Assembly (NCBI GenBank): GCA_964016885.1
Contig: OZ024740.1
Coordinates: 166,346,001-166,410,000 of the forward strand
Reading direction: 5' to 3'
Source of the DNA: Eledone cirrhosa
Taxonomy: Eukaryota
Length of the DNA stretch: 64,000 nucleotides
Part shown: piece after piece, positions 48,473 through 62,780 of the stretch
Position numbering within the stretch: the first letter of the stretch is position 1
How the letters are laid out: each line of letters opens with the position of its first letter
The notes under the pieces: model-generated
Databases searched by the model: none
What the model saw: only the letters and a program-made list of their open reading frames with translations
Told to the model about the DNA's origin: nothing
Program-made: the position numbers and the translations under genes

Positions 48473-51018
48473 CGTTTCACTGCTTCCTTCATTATGAAGT
48501 CGACATAGTTGCAGAAGTTTCTAAGTAATATCTACCATTCCGTTTGGAACCATACCACGAAAGCTAAACACAAGATAGAATATTTGCCATATACCAGTGT
48601 GCAAAAGCACGAAGTACATGAAATGTCAACCTAAAGAATACATTCAAAGCTGAAAAATGTTGTTTTGATAAGAGTCAGGGTTGGACATTGGAGCTGTTGG
48701 CAAGTGTACGAACTGTTAGCAGGGGTCTACACGCAAGCATACATCAACATAACCTGGGCATGTTAAAAGAAAAAATGCTGTTCTTATTTTTGTAATAAGT
48801 GTTTTGGTAAAAGTCAGTTTTACCTAATCACAACAAGCATCGTAATTTCATTTCGCTTAATTTAGGAATTGACGTTTGGTAAAACTGCTAGAAAGCACGC
48901 CTGGGAATGTAAGGAACGATGACGGGCAAATATCAAAGAAATGGATCACTAGAAATAATATGTGGTAGAAATTTGTTCAAAGTTCAAGATCAAAAATGTT
49001 ACTGATGTTCTAATAACATTTCATAGTGTTATAGGTGAGACGAACTGAGACAGAGCCAGAAGAAACAGTAGTTGATTCCACTGGTGAGTAAGTTGATAGA
49101 TAAATATAAACATTGACTAACTAGTTATAGTTATACATGCAAGGGTAAAAGAAAGCTTGGTATTTTGTCGCTGCTTTTATTTAGTCCTAGGCCAACCGAC
49201 TAAGACGAGGTATTATCAAATCTAGAATTAGAATAACGGACATGCATAATTTATAGACCATCAGCAGGATTATATAAGAAAAGAGAACAACATTATGTAA
49301 TTTCTGGTGTCTGCAAACTGCTACATTCTATGAAGCCAGTGTGTTTGTGCCATAAAATCAGAAGTTCTTGCAATATTGTAATATGCATGTGTGAATGTTG
49401 TAGAGAAATCCTAAATATAACATATACGATACGGTAGAGTTGTGTACACAGTTTTACTAAATCTAAAGACGCAATGTTTCGGATTTCAAGGACTTTGGGT
49501 AGAGGTTAGGATTAGGGTTAGAGTTAGGGTTATAAATCCTAAATATAGTCTTATATGATGCAGTGGATCTGTGTACACTGATTTACTATAACTAAAGAAG
49601 CGACGTTTACGATTTCAAGGGTTTTGAGTAGAGGTTGGCAATATCTCTAAAGTCAAACGCTGGAATCATTTAACCTAAAGTAGTCGCATACACATGGATT
49701 ATTGTGTTTTTCATGTTTTATAAAAGAGAGGCTTTAGTGGATTAAATTATCCATTTTAGGATACACCAAGTGTTATTTTATCAAATTAAAATACACAAAA
49801 GGCGATGTTAATGCAAACAATATTTTTACTTAGAACTGTAAAGCATTTATTTCTATAGCCTCCCTACATCTGATAATTCACTCTCCCAATCACTCACAAA
49901 CCTTACATTTATCAACACGTCCAAGGACATATAATGTGGAGAGTAGTTACATATAGTTTGCTTTGAAACCACTATATTTAAGTCCAGTAGATCATCAGGT
50001 TAAAGCATATTCCCGTTGTCATGGCCCCACAGGTTTAACCCTCAACTGCTACAATGACGAATTATTTCCAGCGGAATTGACTAGTACAACGTGAGACTAA
50101 ATATTGAAATAAACATTGCGAGTATTTTAACTGTCATTAAAGCTAGCAACTATATAATTATTCGTCATATTATTTATTTTAAATCATTGCAGTTTTAATG
50201 TTCTGAGTTAAAACTTTTCTGAGATAAACTTTATTTTAAAACCCTTCCGTGATTAGAGTTGATAAAATAAATAACCAATCCGCCATTAAAGTTTATATAG
50301 GATATTATACCTTGCTGCAAAATGTGTAGTATTGTGCTTATTAAAAATGTTATTGAGTTTGTTGCAGAATATGTGTTACAAATTCCATGTCTTCAAATAT
50401 TTCTTTGGAAAATGAGTGCCATTGTGTGACTTCATTTAGCCTCCTTCAAAATTAGAGATGCCAGGATTTTGTAAGAAAACTATATTTCGGGATCGCCGTT
50501 TTGCGGTTAAATATATCCACGTTTTCTCAGCAGAAAATACAATTATTCAATAATATCAATATTGTACGTGAGAATTTCATGGAACATAATTTACAATTTC
50601 ATGTCTTCCTCTCAAGAAAATATGTAGTTCTATTGATATGCATACAAATGTAGAAAGTTCAGCAATTTCTCATTTTCGCAACAATGACGAGCATTTGAAT
50701 TGAACATACTCTTCCAAGAACTCTCCTGAAGTTTCATTGTTTCCGAGACATATGTTTCAACCTTGTCTGTTTGTATAAATCTCAATAATTGGGAGGAACA
50801 AATTGTGAACATCCTTTGAAAAGAGAAGGTATTGATACTAGTATAAGTTGCGAGCAAGAATTGTCGTAATCCAGGTAAAGCATCAATGTGATCATTAGAG
50901 CTAATAGAAATGAGAGCCATATCCTTCACAAATAATGCTCTGTTGGCTTTAAAAAGAATGGAAATACAAACATACATTCATGTATGTATATGTATGTATA
51001 TGTGTGTTACAACACACG

Positions 51019-51057
<39 letters not shown>

Positions 51058-51061
<4 letters not shown>

Positions 51062-51298
51062 GGAATAGAAATCGCAAATACAACTGGAGTCTTTTTAAGA
51101 ATATTTATTTATTTCCTTTACCGTTTTCACAGTTCTTATGCTTTTCAAAAGTAAAATTGAGATGGAGGGTTTGTGGTTCGTCTCACATCTGCGAGACAAT
51201 TTTACTTTCGAAAAACAGAAGAACTGTGAAACCGGTAATGGAATTAGATAAATATTCTTAAAATGACTCCAGATTCCTTTTCGATTCCTTTTCCTTAT
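51058..51298. repeat. Diverged ~100-bp inverted arms with degenerate HHR-like motifs
   Basis: ~51060-51159 pairs with ~51197-51296; the right arm contains acag-aagaa-ctgt-GAAA-ccgg-TA. Confidence 0.65.
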
Positions 51299-51371
51299 AC
51301 TTTCACCCGTGTAGAACATCTCGCTTTTTTCTTTCTTTTAATAAAAAAAACACTCATTTTCTTGTAAATAC

Positions 51372-51512
<141 letters not shown>

Positions 51513-51752
51513 AGGTTAATGGGGCTATCATAAGGTTTCCCTGCTAGTACCGGTTGCATCTCAGCGAAATCAATATGTAACGTTTTGTATAAATCCAAGA
51601 GTAGACAAAGTTATTTGCCTCGATACAGCACACATAAATATATATATATATATATATATTTTCTCTACGGTTCTTATATATCTGATATATATTTGTCCTT
51701 ATCGAACCCTCTTTGGATTTTAGTCTTCACATTCATTATTATTACTATATAT

Positions 51753-51960
51753 AAAGGCAAAGTTAACCTCGGCGGGATTTGAACTCAGAACGGCAAGGGA
51801 CGTTACGCCATGCTTTGACGTATAGAGTTACGGCCCTTGCCATTCTGAGTTCAAATCCCGCCGAGGTTAACCTTGCCTTTCATCCTTACGGGGTCGATAA
51901 AATAAAATACCAGTAATACACTAGATAATTGCTGGCCTTGTTCCATATGTAGAAACAATT
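51753..51960 (+). mobile_element. SINE with an inverted duplication at its 5' side and a 19-bp TSD
   Basis: 51753-51799 is the reverse complement of 51834-51880; flanked by attattattactatatata at 51735-51753 and 51958-51976. Confidence 0.85.
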
Positions 51961-52882
51961 ATTATTACTATATATATATAGGGAGAGTGAGTGAGTGAGT
52001 GAGAGAGAGACAGAGAGAGAGAGAGGGAGAGAGAGAGTGGGGAAGAACCATATAAGAAAACGTCAGTAGGCAAGTGTTAACAGCTAAAACTTCCAGTGAG
52101 TATATATCCAAACACTTGAATTCAGAGAGAAGTAAGGTATTTCGGTAGGTTCCTGGGTTATCGTATTTTTCTAAACAGTTTATAGCTCCCTACAATCTTA
52201 TCACCAGCGTTGGCGCCGATTTAGGCTTGATCTTTCAACCTTCATGTAATGGCAGGTCGCTATTCACAATCTGTCAGTTAATTCAATTAAAATGAATATC
52301 ATGTTTTTGAAAGTTTTCAAATCTATAAATATTGCCTCTGGAGACTTACTACTTTAAATATTGCTTATAACATTGTTATCTTTGCCATTAGCCAAGTATC
52401 GTCTCTAATTATTAACGAATTAGTATGTAGTGAAGGGATGAAGAAGTGTCTAGCTAAGTGTGTAATTTAAATAATGAGAAATATTAAACAATAATGCAGA
52501 AAAGTTAGAAAGCAAAGGAAATGAATTTGATGGGTGTAAAGAGAGAGTGAGAAGAGAGTGGATAGAGAGATGAAGAGAACCTGAAGGAAAATTGAATTGC
52601 AATTAATAGAATTATTGCCTCGAATTAATTCAATGATATGAGAATATAATAAGGTTCTTCCTCTGCCTGTCTGTGGAATCTATTGTTTATCATCTGCAAA
52701 CAACGAAGATGTCGAACGCGTTGACGGCGACAACGAGTTCTCATTTCCCGACGACAGTAGTGAAAAGGTAACTATTTGTACAGAGCATAGCAAATACAGG
52801 AAATCTCTAGGCTTGATTTGGTACTTCATTTAAATGTCATTATTATTGTTATTATTGTTACTATTACAATGCAAAATAGTAA

Positions 52883-53095
<213 letters not shown>

Positions 53096-53424
53096 CAATA
53101 TTTGCCAAGAATTCCATTCAGAACCTCAGGACCCCATGTCTTGCACTGAAAAAGATAAATTAAAACATAGTATAAGATTATATATTGAGAATAATTTTTT
53201 TCCGGATAATGACATTAATTTCATGTAAGTGTGTCCAGTAGCACGCTCTCACACATGCGCACGTCGAGCCTTGTATACGTGTAAGTAGAAATGTACGTGA
53301 TGTACGGGTTTATATACATGTACATACAATAACAGTAGAAAAGTTATGGTGTTTCATATTAACCTAATCGGAGTCGTAAATGTGCTTCATTAAAAGTACC
53401 TTGGTATTTAATCTGACTTATTAC

Positions 53425-53865
53425 TGCCTGAGTTCAAACCCCACTCAGCTCAACTTTGTCTTTCATCATTTCGAGGTGGATTAACAAAGTGGCACTTCAT
53501 TATTGGGATCGTTCCTTTCTATTTCTCCGTGAGAAATCGGCGGTCTTCGACATGAACAGGGACGGTTCCGCAAGAATTAGAAGACATTACACTCTCTACC
53601 AATTCTGCCAGTCTCCCTTTATGAAGGAAATGATTCCAAGTTCAACAAGAAAATGCTAATTCAATTCTTGGAATTGGTTATATGATTCAAATGGGAAAAA
53701 ATCGGCTGTATTCGTCGTGAACAGTGGTGGGTTCATCAAGAGTTAAAAGGTCTAAGACACTCTACCATTTCGGCCAACCACCCATCCTAACTTTCTGAAG
53801 GAAATGATTTCAAATTCAACAAGAAAATGCTAACTCAATTCATAGTATTGGTATATGATTCAGTA
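53425..53865. repeat. SINE fragment followed by a diverged ~170-bp tandem duplication
   Basis: ctgagttcaaacccc...caactttgtctttcatc, then aaatcggc...gaaggaaatgatt...caacaagaaaatgctaa...tatatgattca twice. Confidence 0.6.
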
Positions 53866-54413
53866 AATTGCTTCGATTTTGATGATAGAGAGTATCAATA
53901 TTCGGAGATGTTAAAATTTAATGTATAAACCTACGAATGTATATTGTGTTATGTAGGCAGAGATATAACTGACGTCGATCAGTGTTATTTCAGAGTAAGG
54001 GGTGTGCGCTTATGTGTTTGCATCGTATGTGGTCATGCACGCACGTGTCTGTGTGGCTCAAGAGACACTGTTTCATATAAATGTATAATAAAGTAATAGA
54101 CATTATATTTAATTATAGATTCGCTAGCATAGTAGCCGCCCAAATAACGCGGTTTATAGTAAAAACATTATTTAAATTAGTAATTCTTTGATTACAACAG
54201 TCTGTGTGAAGATGCTAAATTACTCGATTTTCCTTGACCTTTCCTCGCCATATTTCATTTTACATTCATTTATATTATTTACAAAACTATTCTTTCACTT
54301 TTCATCTTAAATATTATTAAAAAGTGAATCATGACGTTTTAGATCTCTTTCTCTCTCTCCCTCTCCCTCTCACCACACACACACACACGCACACGCACAC
54401 ACACACACACACA

Positions 54414-54556
<143 letters not shown>

Positions 54557-54797
54557 ATACATGGAAAAGAATGAAATGAAATGAAATTTCTCACTCTTAG
54601 TACGGCTGATAGTTAAATGTAAGTATGTATACGTACATACATATATGTATACAGACGTACAGTAGTATGTATATGTATACATACATGCACACATATATAT
54701 ATGCACGTATGGGTTTACCGAACATTTATTATAATGTTCGGTTTGTTTGTAAACAAACAGCCCGACTTAAGCCGTACAGTGTCTTCCTGTCTGTATG

Positions 54798-54857
<60 letters not shown>

Positions 54858-54860
<3 letters not shown>

Positions 54861-57165
54861 CGATCTTCCTTACGAATTATATCTAGCTATGCTGGACTTG
54901 TTCCCCGATCTCCTCGAGGCGGTCTACTGCAACTGGCAACATAACGGGAGAATTCCCTGTACTGTGACCAAGGGCGTAGTCACGCTAGTGAGGAAGGACG
55001 AGAACAAGGGGGACGAAATAAGTAACTTCAGGCCCATAACTCTGCTAAATACAGAGTTACAGATTTTGGCCAAGGTGCTAGCAAAGAGGTTGGCGCTTGT
55101 CGTGGGCAACCTGGTGGGAGATGCGCAGACATGCGCTATACCGTCCAGGTCCATCCATGACAACCTCCACCTCATGCGATACATCATAGAGAGGGTTGGG
55201 AACGAACCCGGCTTTGGTGGGTCTCTGATCAACTTGGATCAATCTAAGGCGTTCGATAAGGTCGACCATGGTTACCTGGATGCGGTGCTAGCGGCGGCAG
55301 GCTTCGGACCCGTTTTCAGGGGCTGGATCACTGCTATGCACAGCAGCCGCATCTGCTCTAGGGTCAAGGTGAACGGCTACTTCTCGGAGCCGTTCAAAAT
55401 CGCGCGGTCCATCCGACAAGGGTGCCCTCTCTCCTCCCTTCTGTACGTGTTGACTCTCGAGCCACTACTGCGGAAGTTGGAGTTGTTGCAGGGCATCCCT
55501 TTGGAACCGGGATTGCGGAAAGCGGTGTCGGCCTACGCCGATGACGTAACAGTAATGGTGTCGACGGCCTCCGAAATCGAGGCGGTCGGCACCTTACTGG
55601 AGGAGTACGAAAAGTTCACAGGGGCTAAGCTGAACCGGGACAAGTCGATCGGTTTGCAACTCGGCACGTGGAGGGGCAGACCGATGCCCTCCGATGGCGT
55701 TGTCGGACGCTGGACGGAGGGCCCGGTGAAGTTGCTCGGGGTCTGGTTCGGACCGGACCTCCAGGTGGAGAAAAACTGGGCGGAGGTTACGAACAGGGTG
55801 TTTGCACTGACCCAGAAGTGGGCCAGTTGCAAACTATCCCTGAAAGGTCGGGCGGAGGTGGCGAACACCTACATAGCGTCCGTCATCTACTACCGCCTGA
55901 CCGTAGTGCCCTGCCCAAGGGAAACCCTCACCAAGATGGATCGCGCGCTCTTCCATCTGCTGTCAACAGATGGAGATCCATCTGCTGTCAACACCCTTCG
56001 AAAGGATGGCTGGGGATGCCGTGGCTAATGATGCGTAAACACGCATTAAGGCTACGGCACCTCTACGTATTCCTCACCGGACAACCGGTGTGGGCCTCGT
56101 TTGTGAGACGAACCTTTCCCAGACTCGTCTCACTCACCGAGCTGCAATCCTGGGTCAAGCAAAGACCGAGAAAACTGGGCGCCTGGCACACTGAGTGTGC
56201 CCAGGCGCTCACCGCCCTCTGGCAGGCGGATCCGGTTAACAGTGGAGACTCCACCGCAACATTCTATAGAGGGCTGGTACGCAGCAGGTGCGACGACGCC
56301 CTCGGAGAAGCCCTAGACATGGAGGAGGACGAACTGGCCAGCCTGTTCGGTAGGACATTCAGCCCGGGACCTATGGACAACTTCCAGAAGTCCCTGGCCT
56401 GGCAGTGCTACCGAGGGGCTTTACCCGTTCGAGAAAGGCTCTACAGACACGGGCGCCCGGGTAGGGACCCCGCCAAAAAGATCTGTCCCAGATGCGTGTG
56501 CGACGAGGAAACCGTTGCACACGCATTGGTACACTGCTCGGGCGTAGCCGATCTGTGGGGCTATGTTGAACAACTGCTGTCAAGGGTGGGACCGATCCGG
56601 TTGACCACCGAGTCTATTGTAATGATCAAGCCGCCTCCCCCCTTCAAAGATGAAGCAGAGGCGGTGTTTCTGTGCGTAATAGCCATAGCGAAAGAGGTTG
56701 TATGGTGGACGCGTCTGAAAGGACTGAGGTCAGGCACCTTTCTCTCTGGCCAACAACTGGTCCGTTTCTTCCGATATCATTTCGGAAGAAGGATCAGGAT
56801 GGAGAGAGAGGTGCTGCACCCCAGCCGTTTCTATGAAAGATGGGTGAAAGTGGCGAGAATGGCCCGTGTGAATGGGCCTTCACTCTACATCAGACTATAG
56901 GTGAGGAAGATGAAAGACCAAGGGAGCACCCCTTCTCTGTGCTCCTGAGGAGAAGGGTTGCACACTTTTTTCGGGGGTGTGTGCGACCCCCCAAGGCGCC
57001 TCCTCTCTATTGAGGATTTTGTTATAAATTTTATTTTTTGTTATATCTTATTTTATTTTTATATTTTGTTATTGCCTCCTCCTTATTGAGGACGCCTTTT
57101 TGTGTAAACTCCCCCCTTTGTACTTGTCCCACTTTTGATGCCCTAGTGGCAAATAAAAGAAACAT
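54858..57165 (+). mobile_element. Tx1-clade (L1 group) LINE, 5'-truncated copy 1, preceded by (CTAT)n
   Basis: RT motifs NFRPITLLNTE, LDQSKAFDKVDH, IRQGCPLS, AYADD; C-terminal CPRC...ETVAHALVHC; 3' end aataaaagaaac. Confidence 0.92.
54860..56900 (+). pseudogene. Tx1 ORF2 RT and C-terminal zinc finger, frameshifted near 55950-55975
   Basis: ORFs 54625-56028 and 55668-56900 join across a local rearrangement; the N-terminus of the first ORF is microsatellite read-through. Confidence 0.88.
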
Positions 57166-58312
57166 ATATATCTATCTTATCTCTTACGATGGACACATGT
57201 GCTGAGCTCGCTCGGTAAGTTTCGTTTAAATTTATCTGGAAATTGTGAACTGTAAACTTTCATTTTCGTACCATTTTGTAGAGGGACTGCCAGGTCAAAT
57301 TTTGATCTGGTCAGTCTCTCAAAATATTCTACGCCTTTAGGCGAAATAGTGTTGTAAACATTTTATCTTTCGAAAAATTTCGAAAAATCCTATTTTGAGA
57401 AAAATGGCTGAAGCATCTTCACCAACAATCAAAGAAAGAAAAGGGAAGTCATACTCATAGCTTCCCCCTGCCACTGTCACAGCAGCAGATGCCAAAGGCA
57501 GAGGTCAGCCAGAGGAAGAATTTTCTTCACCTGTTGACCGACAACTTGACGTAGCCACAACTATACAAGAAACTGAAAACAACAACAACAACGACAACAA
57601 CAGCAACAATAAAGACAACAAAAACAACAACAACACAAACGTCACATATGTAGTAAACATTTCCTTTCGTAAAGAAAGGGAATTTCACACAACAAAAAAT
57701 GAAAATAACAGCCCACAACAGACACCAAAAAATACAGAAAATGAAAAAATTGAAAACACATCCAACAATACCAATCAAAAGGAAAAAAATGTCAACACAA
57801 ACACCAAAGAAAATACAAACACAGTGACAACAACAGCAAAATTTATTTTCCTGATACCGTAAAAAAAACGGAAATATTTCAACTTTTGGATTTAACCAAC
57901 GCGAAACAAAAGTTGGAAGATGCTAAATAATATGTGACTTTTGGACCCAATGGGTCATTTAGCATAAATTCACCACAAGAACTAAGGAGAGAAAATGCCC
58001 TGAACACGGTGGTTTTCAGGACAATCTCAAATGCATAAAAAAACCCAGCTCTACTATCTCAGAGTGAGATTGAGCTAGTATTAAGGAACCACATGGATAA
58101 CATTTTATTTATTCAGAAAGCCAAACTTTCGGCAGTATCTCGGTGCTAATGAAAAACAACATAACAGCACAAAAATATTCCATCGCGCCCATTTTACAGT
58201 TTTCCCTACATACATGGGAAAAAGAACGCAAAAAATAAAAATTACATGTATAAGACCCAAAGTAGATATTTGGTGGATACTTTATGGCCTAATTGACCTT
58301 GAATAAGACACT

Positions 58313-59035
58313 TTGATCTCAGTAAGAAAATCCTCCAGAGATATATTTAGTGGGACTAGCATCGAAATTCTGGTGAAGATGAGCCCAGAACGTATAATGA
58401 AAATCCCACAGAGCGTACCTCTGGATGGACAGACCTACATAAACATTTCGGTTGAGGGTAGGCGGTCCGCATGTTACCACTGCACAAGCAGAGGTCACCT
58501 AAGGGCTGCCTGTCTTCAATTGACAAAAAAACCCCCACTTTTACCAACACCACGAATAACAACACAACCACCACCACCACCACCACCACGACAACAAGAA
58601 AAAACAACAGAGAACAATATTCCACCCAACTCCTCCCCACCCAAAACAAATACAAAAACACACACAGACACTACAGAAGCCCAAAACATACCCCTACCCA
58701 TTAACACGGATGAGGAACCCCTATCGACGACACCCAGCGGCGATGAGGAGGAACCCTTCCAACCCGTGAAAAGAATAAAAAGAAAGAACCGCATGAACAA
58801 AAACGAAACAAACACACAAACACCAGCACAAACAGCACAAATATCACAAAAAAAAGTTCCCCCTCCCGAAAACAAAACACCCACAACAAAGAAAAAATAC
58901 GTGCAGGAACCACAGACAAAAACAAACACAACACAGGAAAAGTACACATACACTTACATAAACGAAGAAAATAGAACACTGATGGAGACCATCAGAAACA
59001 TCCCTTTGGTCAAAACCGAAGGGAAAATTGGATAG
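58313..59035 (+). pseudogene. Tx1 ORF1 fragment with CCHC zinc knuckle
   Basis: CYHCTSRGHLRAAC followed by a Pro/Thr/Lys-rich region; lies upstream of ORF2. Confidence 0.8.
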
Positions 59036-59367
59036 CTCCAACAAAAACAAAAAATGAACCTAAAACTGATCAGGGTCCCTATAGGAATTTATAGATCCCT
59101 AAAAGAAACATTTGTAGAGGGCGTGGGGAATTCCTGCGTGAAACCAATCAACCGCGTCCTCTACAAAAGCCTCCCCACCACAGGCACCCCCACCCAAGTC
59201 ATCCCCACCCCACCAGACACCCCTTCCCCACCAACCACCTCCGTCCCCACCCGGCCAGAAAACACCACCCCACCCCACCCAACAACCCATCCCCCACCCT
59301 CATGGAAATTGTGCAGCCCGATACCCGGGACGCAGAAAGGTAAGTGCCTTTTCTCTTCACCACCAAC

Positions 59368-62300
59368 ATGGCTATGCTAAGAGTAGGCTGTTTAAATGCG
59401 CGTGGCCTGGGCTCAACTTGGAAGCAAGCAATGCTTCTAAATGACCTCAGGTCACAACGTATAGATGTGATGGTTATTTGCGAGGCCCGAATCAGCAACG
59501 TGCGACAGCTGGCCCCGACCTTTGATGACTTTGAGATGCACGTATCTCTCTGTCAGCCCGGATGTGGGGGTGGGGTTGTCGTTCTGCTACAAAAACATCT
59601 GGGTCTCGCAACACAGATGGTACATTTGGACCCGGAGGGTCGACTAGTGCTTCTGGACCTTGGCAGTGGTGAAGGCGGAGCGTTTAGGTTGGTAGCCACC
59701 TACGGCCCTTTCGGGTCAATGCGGCCGGACCTCTTCAATCGTCTGGAGACTTTTCTGGGGACGTCCCGCTCCTTGCTATTAGTGGGGGACTGGAATGGTA
59801 TCCTAGATGCACGCTGGGACTACGTAGGGGCCTGTCCCGATAGAGAGGGGTGCAATAGCCTCAAAGGGTTAATCGGTCGATTTGACCTGGCCGATAGATA
59901 TCGACTAGATTTTCCGACTGCGCCAACCTGGACTTGGGCAAAACGTAGCGGATCATCTAGGTCGTACATAGATAGGTTCTTAGTTAGAATTAAGGATAAG
60001 GACTTTTTAAGTTGTCCAAAAATGCGCATGGTTGGCTATTCAGACCACAAGTTAGTGACCTGCATGGTCAACCTTGACATAACTCATAGACAGGGACCCG
60101 TTTACTGGAAGCTCAACTTGTCCTTACAGGCAAGTAAGGCTTTCAGGAACCGGATTAGCACTTTAGTTAAGGAGCGGTTGACGGGCGCCATCGTCAACAG
60201 CAGGTGGTGGGGATCTCTCAAAAGAGAGATTATAGTAGTCTCTATAGAATTTAGTAAGGAGTTAGCCTCTAATAGAAACAGGAAGGAAAGGGAGTTGGTA
60301 GATAGTGTAGAAGAGGCAATTAGAAGCGGCGACGTGGCCAGAGTGCTAGCGTCGAGAACGGCCCTGAGCCAGTTCTTCTACGCGAAACACGAAGGCTGCA
60401 TCGTCCGAAGCAAAATACGTGCTCTGGGAAACGAGGGGACCAAAGCTGTTAGCTGGGCTCGCGTGACAGAAGCCAAAAGAGGGAGCAGATCCACTATCCG
60501 TACTTTGCGAGACCAGGATTGACGGGTGATCCTTGAACATAAGCAGATGTGCGAGGCTTTTCAAAAGCACTTTGCCGGATTGTTCGGAAGGGGAGAGGGT
60601 CCGGTTGGGGATGTGGACTTCGGTCCATACCTCGACGGCCTGCCGCGTCTCTCGGACAGGGAGGAGAAGTCCTGCGAGGAGCCGATTTCAGCCGCTGAGA
60701 TAGAGGACGTGCTGAGCCAATGCGGCAAACGCAAATCCCCGGGTCTCGATGGTCTTCCATACGAACTATATCTAGCTATGCCGGACTTGTTCCTCGATCT
60801 CCTCGAGGCGGTCCACTGCAACTGGCAACAGAACGGGAGAATTCCCTGTGCCGTGACCAAGGGCGTAGTCACGCTAGTGAGGAAGGACGAGAGCAGGGGG
60901 GACGATATAAATAATTTCAGGCCCATAACTCTGCTAAATACAGAGTTACAGATTTTGGCCAAGGTGCTAGCAAAGAGGTTGGCGCTTGTCGTGGGCAACC
61001 TGGTGGGAGGTGCGCAGACATGTGCTATCCTTTCCAGGTCCATACACGACAACCTCCACCTCATGCGATACATCATAGAGAGGGTTGGGAACGAATCCGG
61101 CTCTAGTGGGGCCCTGATCAACTTGGATCAATCTAAGGCATTCGATAGGGTCGACCATGGTTACCTGGATGCGGTGCTAGCGGCGGCAGGCTTCGGACCC
61201 GTTTTCAGGGGCTGGATCAATGCCATGCACAGCAGCCGCATCTGCTCTAGGGTCAAGGTGAACGGCTACCTCTTGGACCCGTTCGAAATCGCGCCGTCCA
61301 TCCGACAAGAGTGCCCGCTCTCCTCCCTTCTGTATGACTCTAGAGCCACTGCTGCGGATGTTGGAGTTGTTCCAGGGCATCCCGTTGGAACCGGGATTGC
61401 GGAAAGCGGTGTCAGCCTACGCCGATGACGTAACAGTAATGGTGTCGACGGCCTCGGAAATCGGGGCGATCGGCACCTTACTGGAGGAGTACGAAAGGTT
61501 TACAGGGGCTAAGCTGAACCGGGACAAATCGATCGGTCTGCAACTCGGCACGTGGAGGGGCAGATCGATGCCCTCCGATGGCGATGTCAGGCGCTGGACG
61601 GAGGGCCCGGTGAAGTTGCTCGGGGTCTGGTTCGGACCAGACCTCCAGGTGGAAAAGAACTGGGGTGAGGTAACGAACAGGGTGTTTGCACTGACCCAGA
61701 AGTGGGCCGAGTGCAAACTGTCCCTGAAAGGTCGGGCGGAGGTGGCGAACACTTATATAGCGTCCGTCATCTACTACCGCCTGACCGTTGTGCCTTGCCC
61801 AAGGGAAACGCTCGCCAAAATGGAGCGCGCACTCTTCCAATTCCTTTGGAAGAAGCGGGCTCCTATGGTGAGGAGATCTATCTGCTGTCAGCACCCTTCG
61901 AAAGGAGGGCTGGGGATGCCGTGGCTAATGATACGTAAACACGCATTAAGGCTACCGCACCTTCAGGTATTCCTCTCCGGTCAACCGGTGTGGGCCCCGT
62001 TTGTGAGGCGAGCCTTTCCCAGACCCGTCTCACTCACCGAGCTGCAATCCTGGGTCAAGCAAAGATCGAGAAAACTGGGCGCCTGGCACACCGAGTGTGC
62101 CCAGGCGCTCACGGCTCTCTAGCAGGCGGACCCGGCTGTCAGTGGAGAATCCACCTCGTCATTCTATAGAGAGCTGGTGGTTAGCAGGTGCGACGACGCC
62201 CTCGGAGAAGCCCTAGGCATGGAGGAAGACGAATTGGCAAACCTGTTCGGTAGGACATTCAGCCCGGGACCCATGGATAACTTCCAGAGGTCCCTGGCCT

Positions 62301-62780
62301 GGCAATGCTACAGAAGGGCTCTGCCCGTTCGAGAAAGGCTCTACAGACACGGCCGACCGGGCAGGGACTCCTCGAAAAAGATCTGTCCCAGATGCGTGTG
62401 CGACGAGGAAACCGTTGCACACGCATTGGTACACTGCTCGGGCATTGCTGATCTGTGGGGTTATGTCGAACAACTGCTGTCAAGGGTGGGACCGATGCGG
62501 TCCCACCCTTGACAGCAGTTGTTCGACATAACGAAGGAGAGGCGGTGTTTCTGTGCGTAATAGCCACGGCGAAAGAGGTTGTATGGTGGACGCGTCTGAA
62601 AGGACGGAGGTCAGACACCTATCTCTCTGGCCAACAACTGGTCCGTTTCTTCCGATATCATTTCGGAAGAAGGATCAGGATGGAGAGAGAGGTGCTGCAC
62701 CCCAGCCGTTTTTCGAAAGATGGGTGAAAGTGGCGAGAATGGCCCGTGTGAATGGGCCTTCACTCTACATCAGAATATAG
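59368..62780 (+). pseudogene. Tx1 ORF2 (APE + RT + zinc finger) with stops at 60520 and 62120, a frameshift near 61335 and an inversion at ~62495
   Basis: LNARGL, ICEAR, VGDWNG, YIDRF, SDH (APE); KSPGLDGLP, NFRPITLLN, LDQSKAFDRVDH, AYADD (RT); CPRC...H...C. Confidence 0.92.

Noticed and set aside
49430-49640. Telomere-like ttagggttagagttaggg in a ~128-bp duplicated segment
   Set aside because: Only a few degenerate units; too short to call an interstitial telomere.
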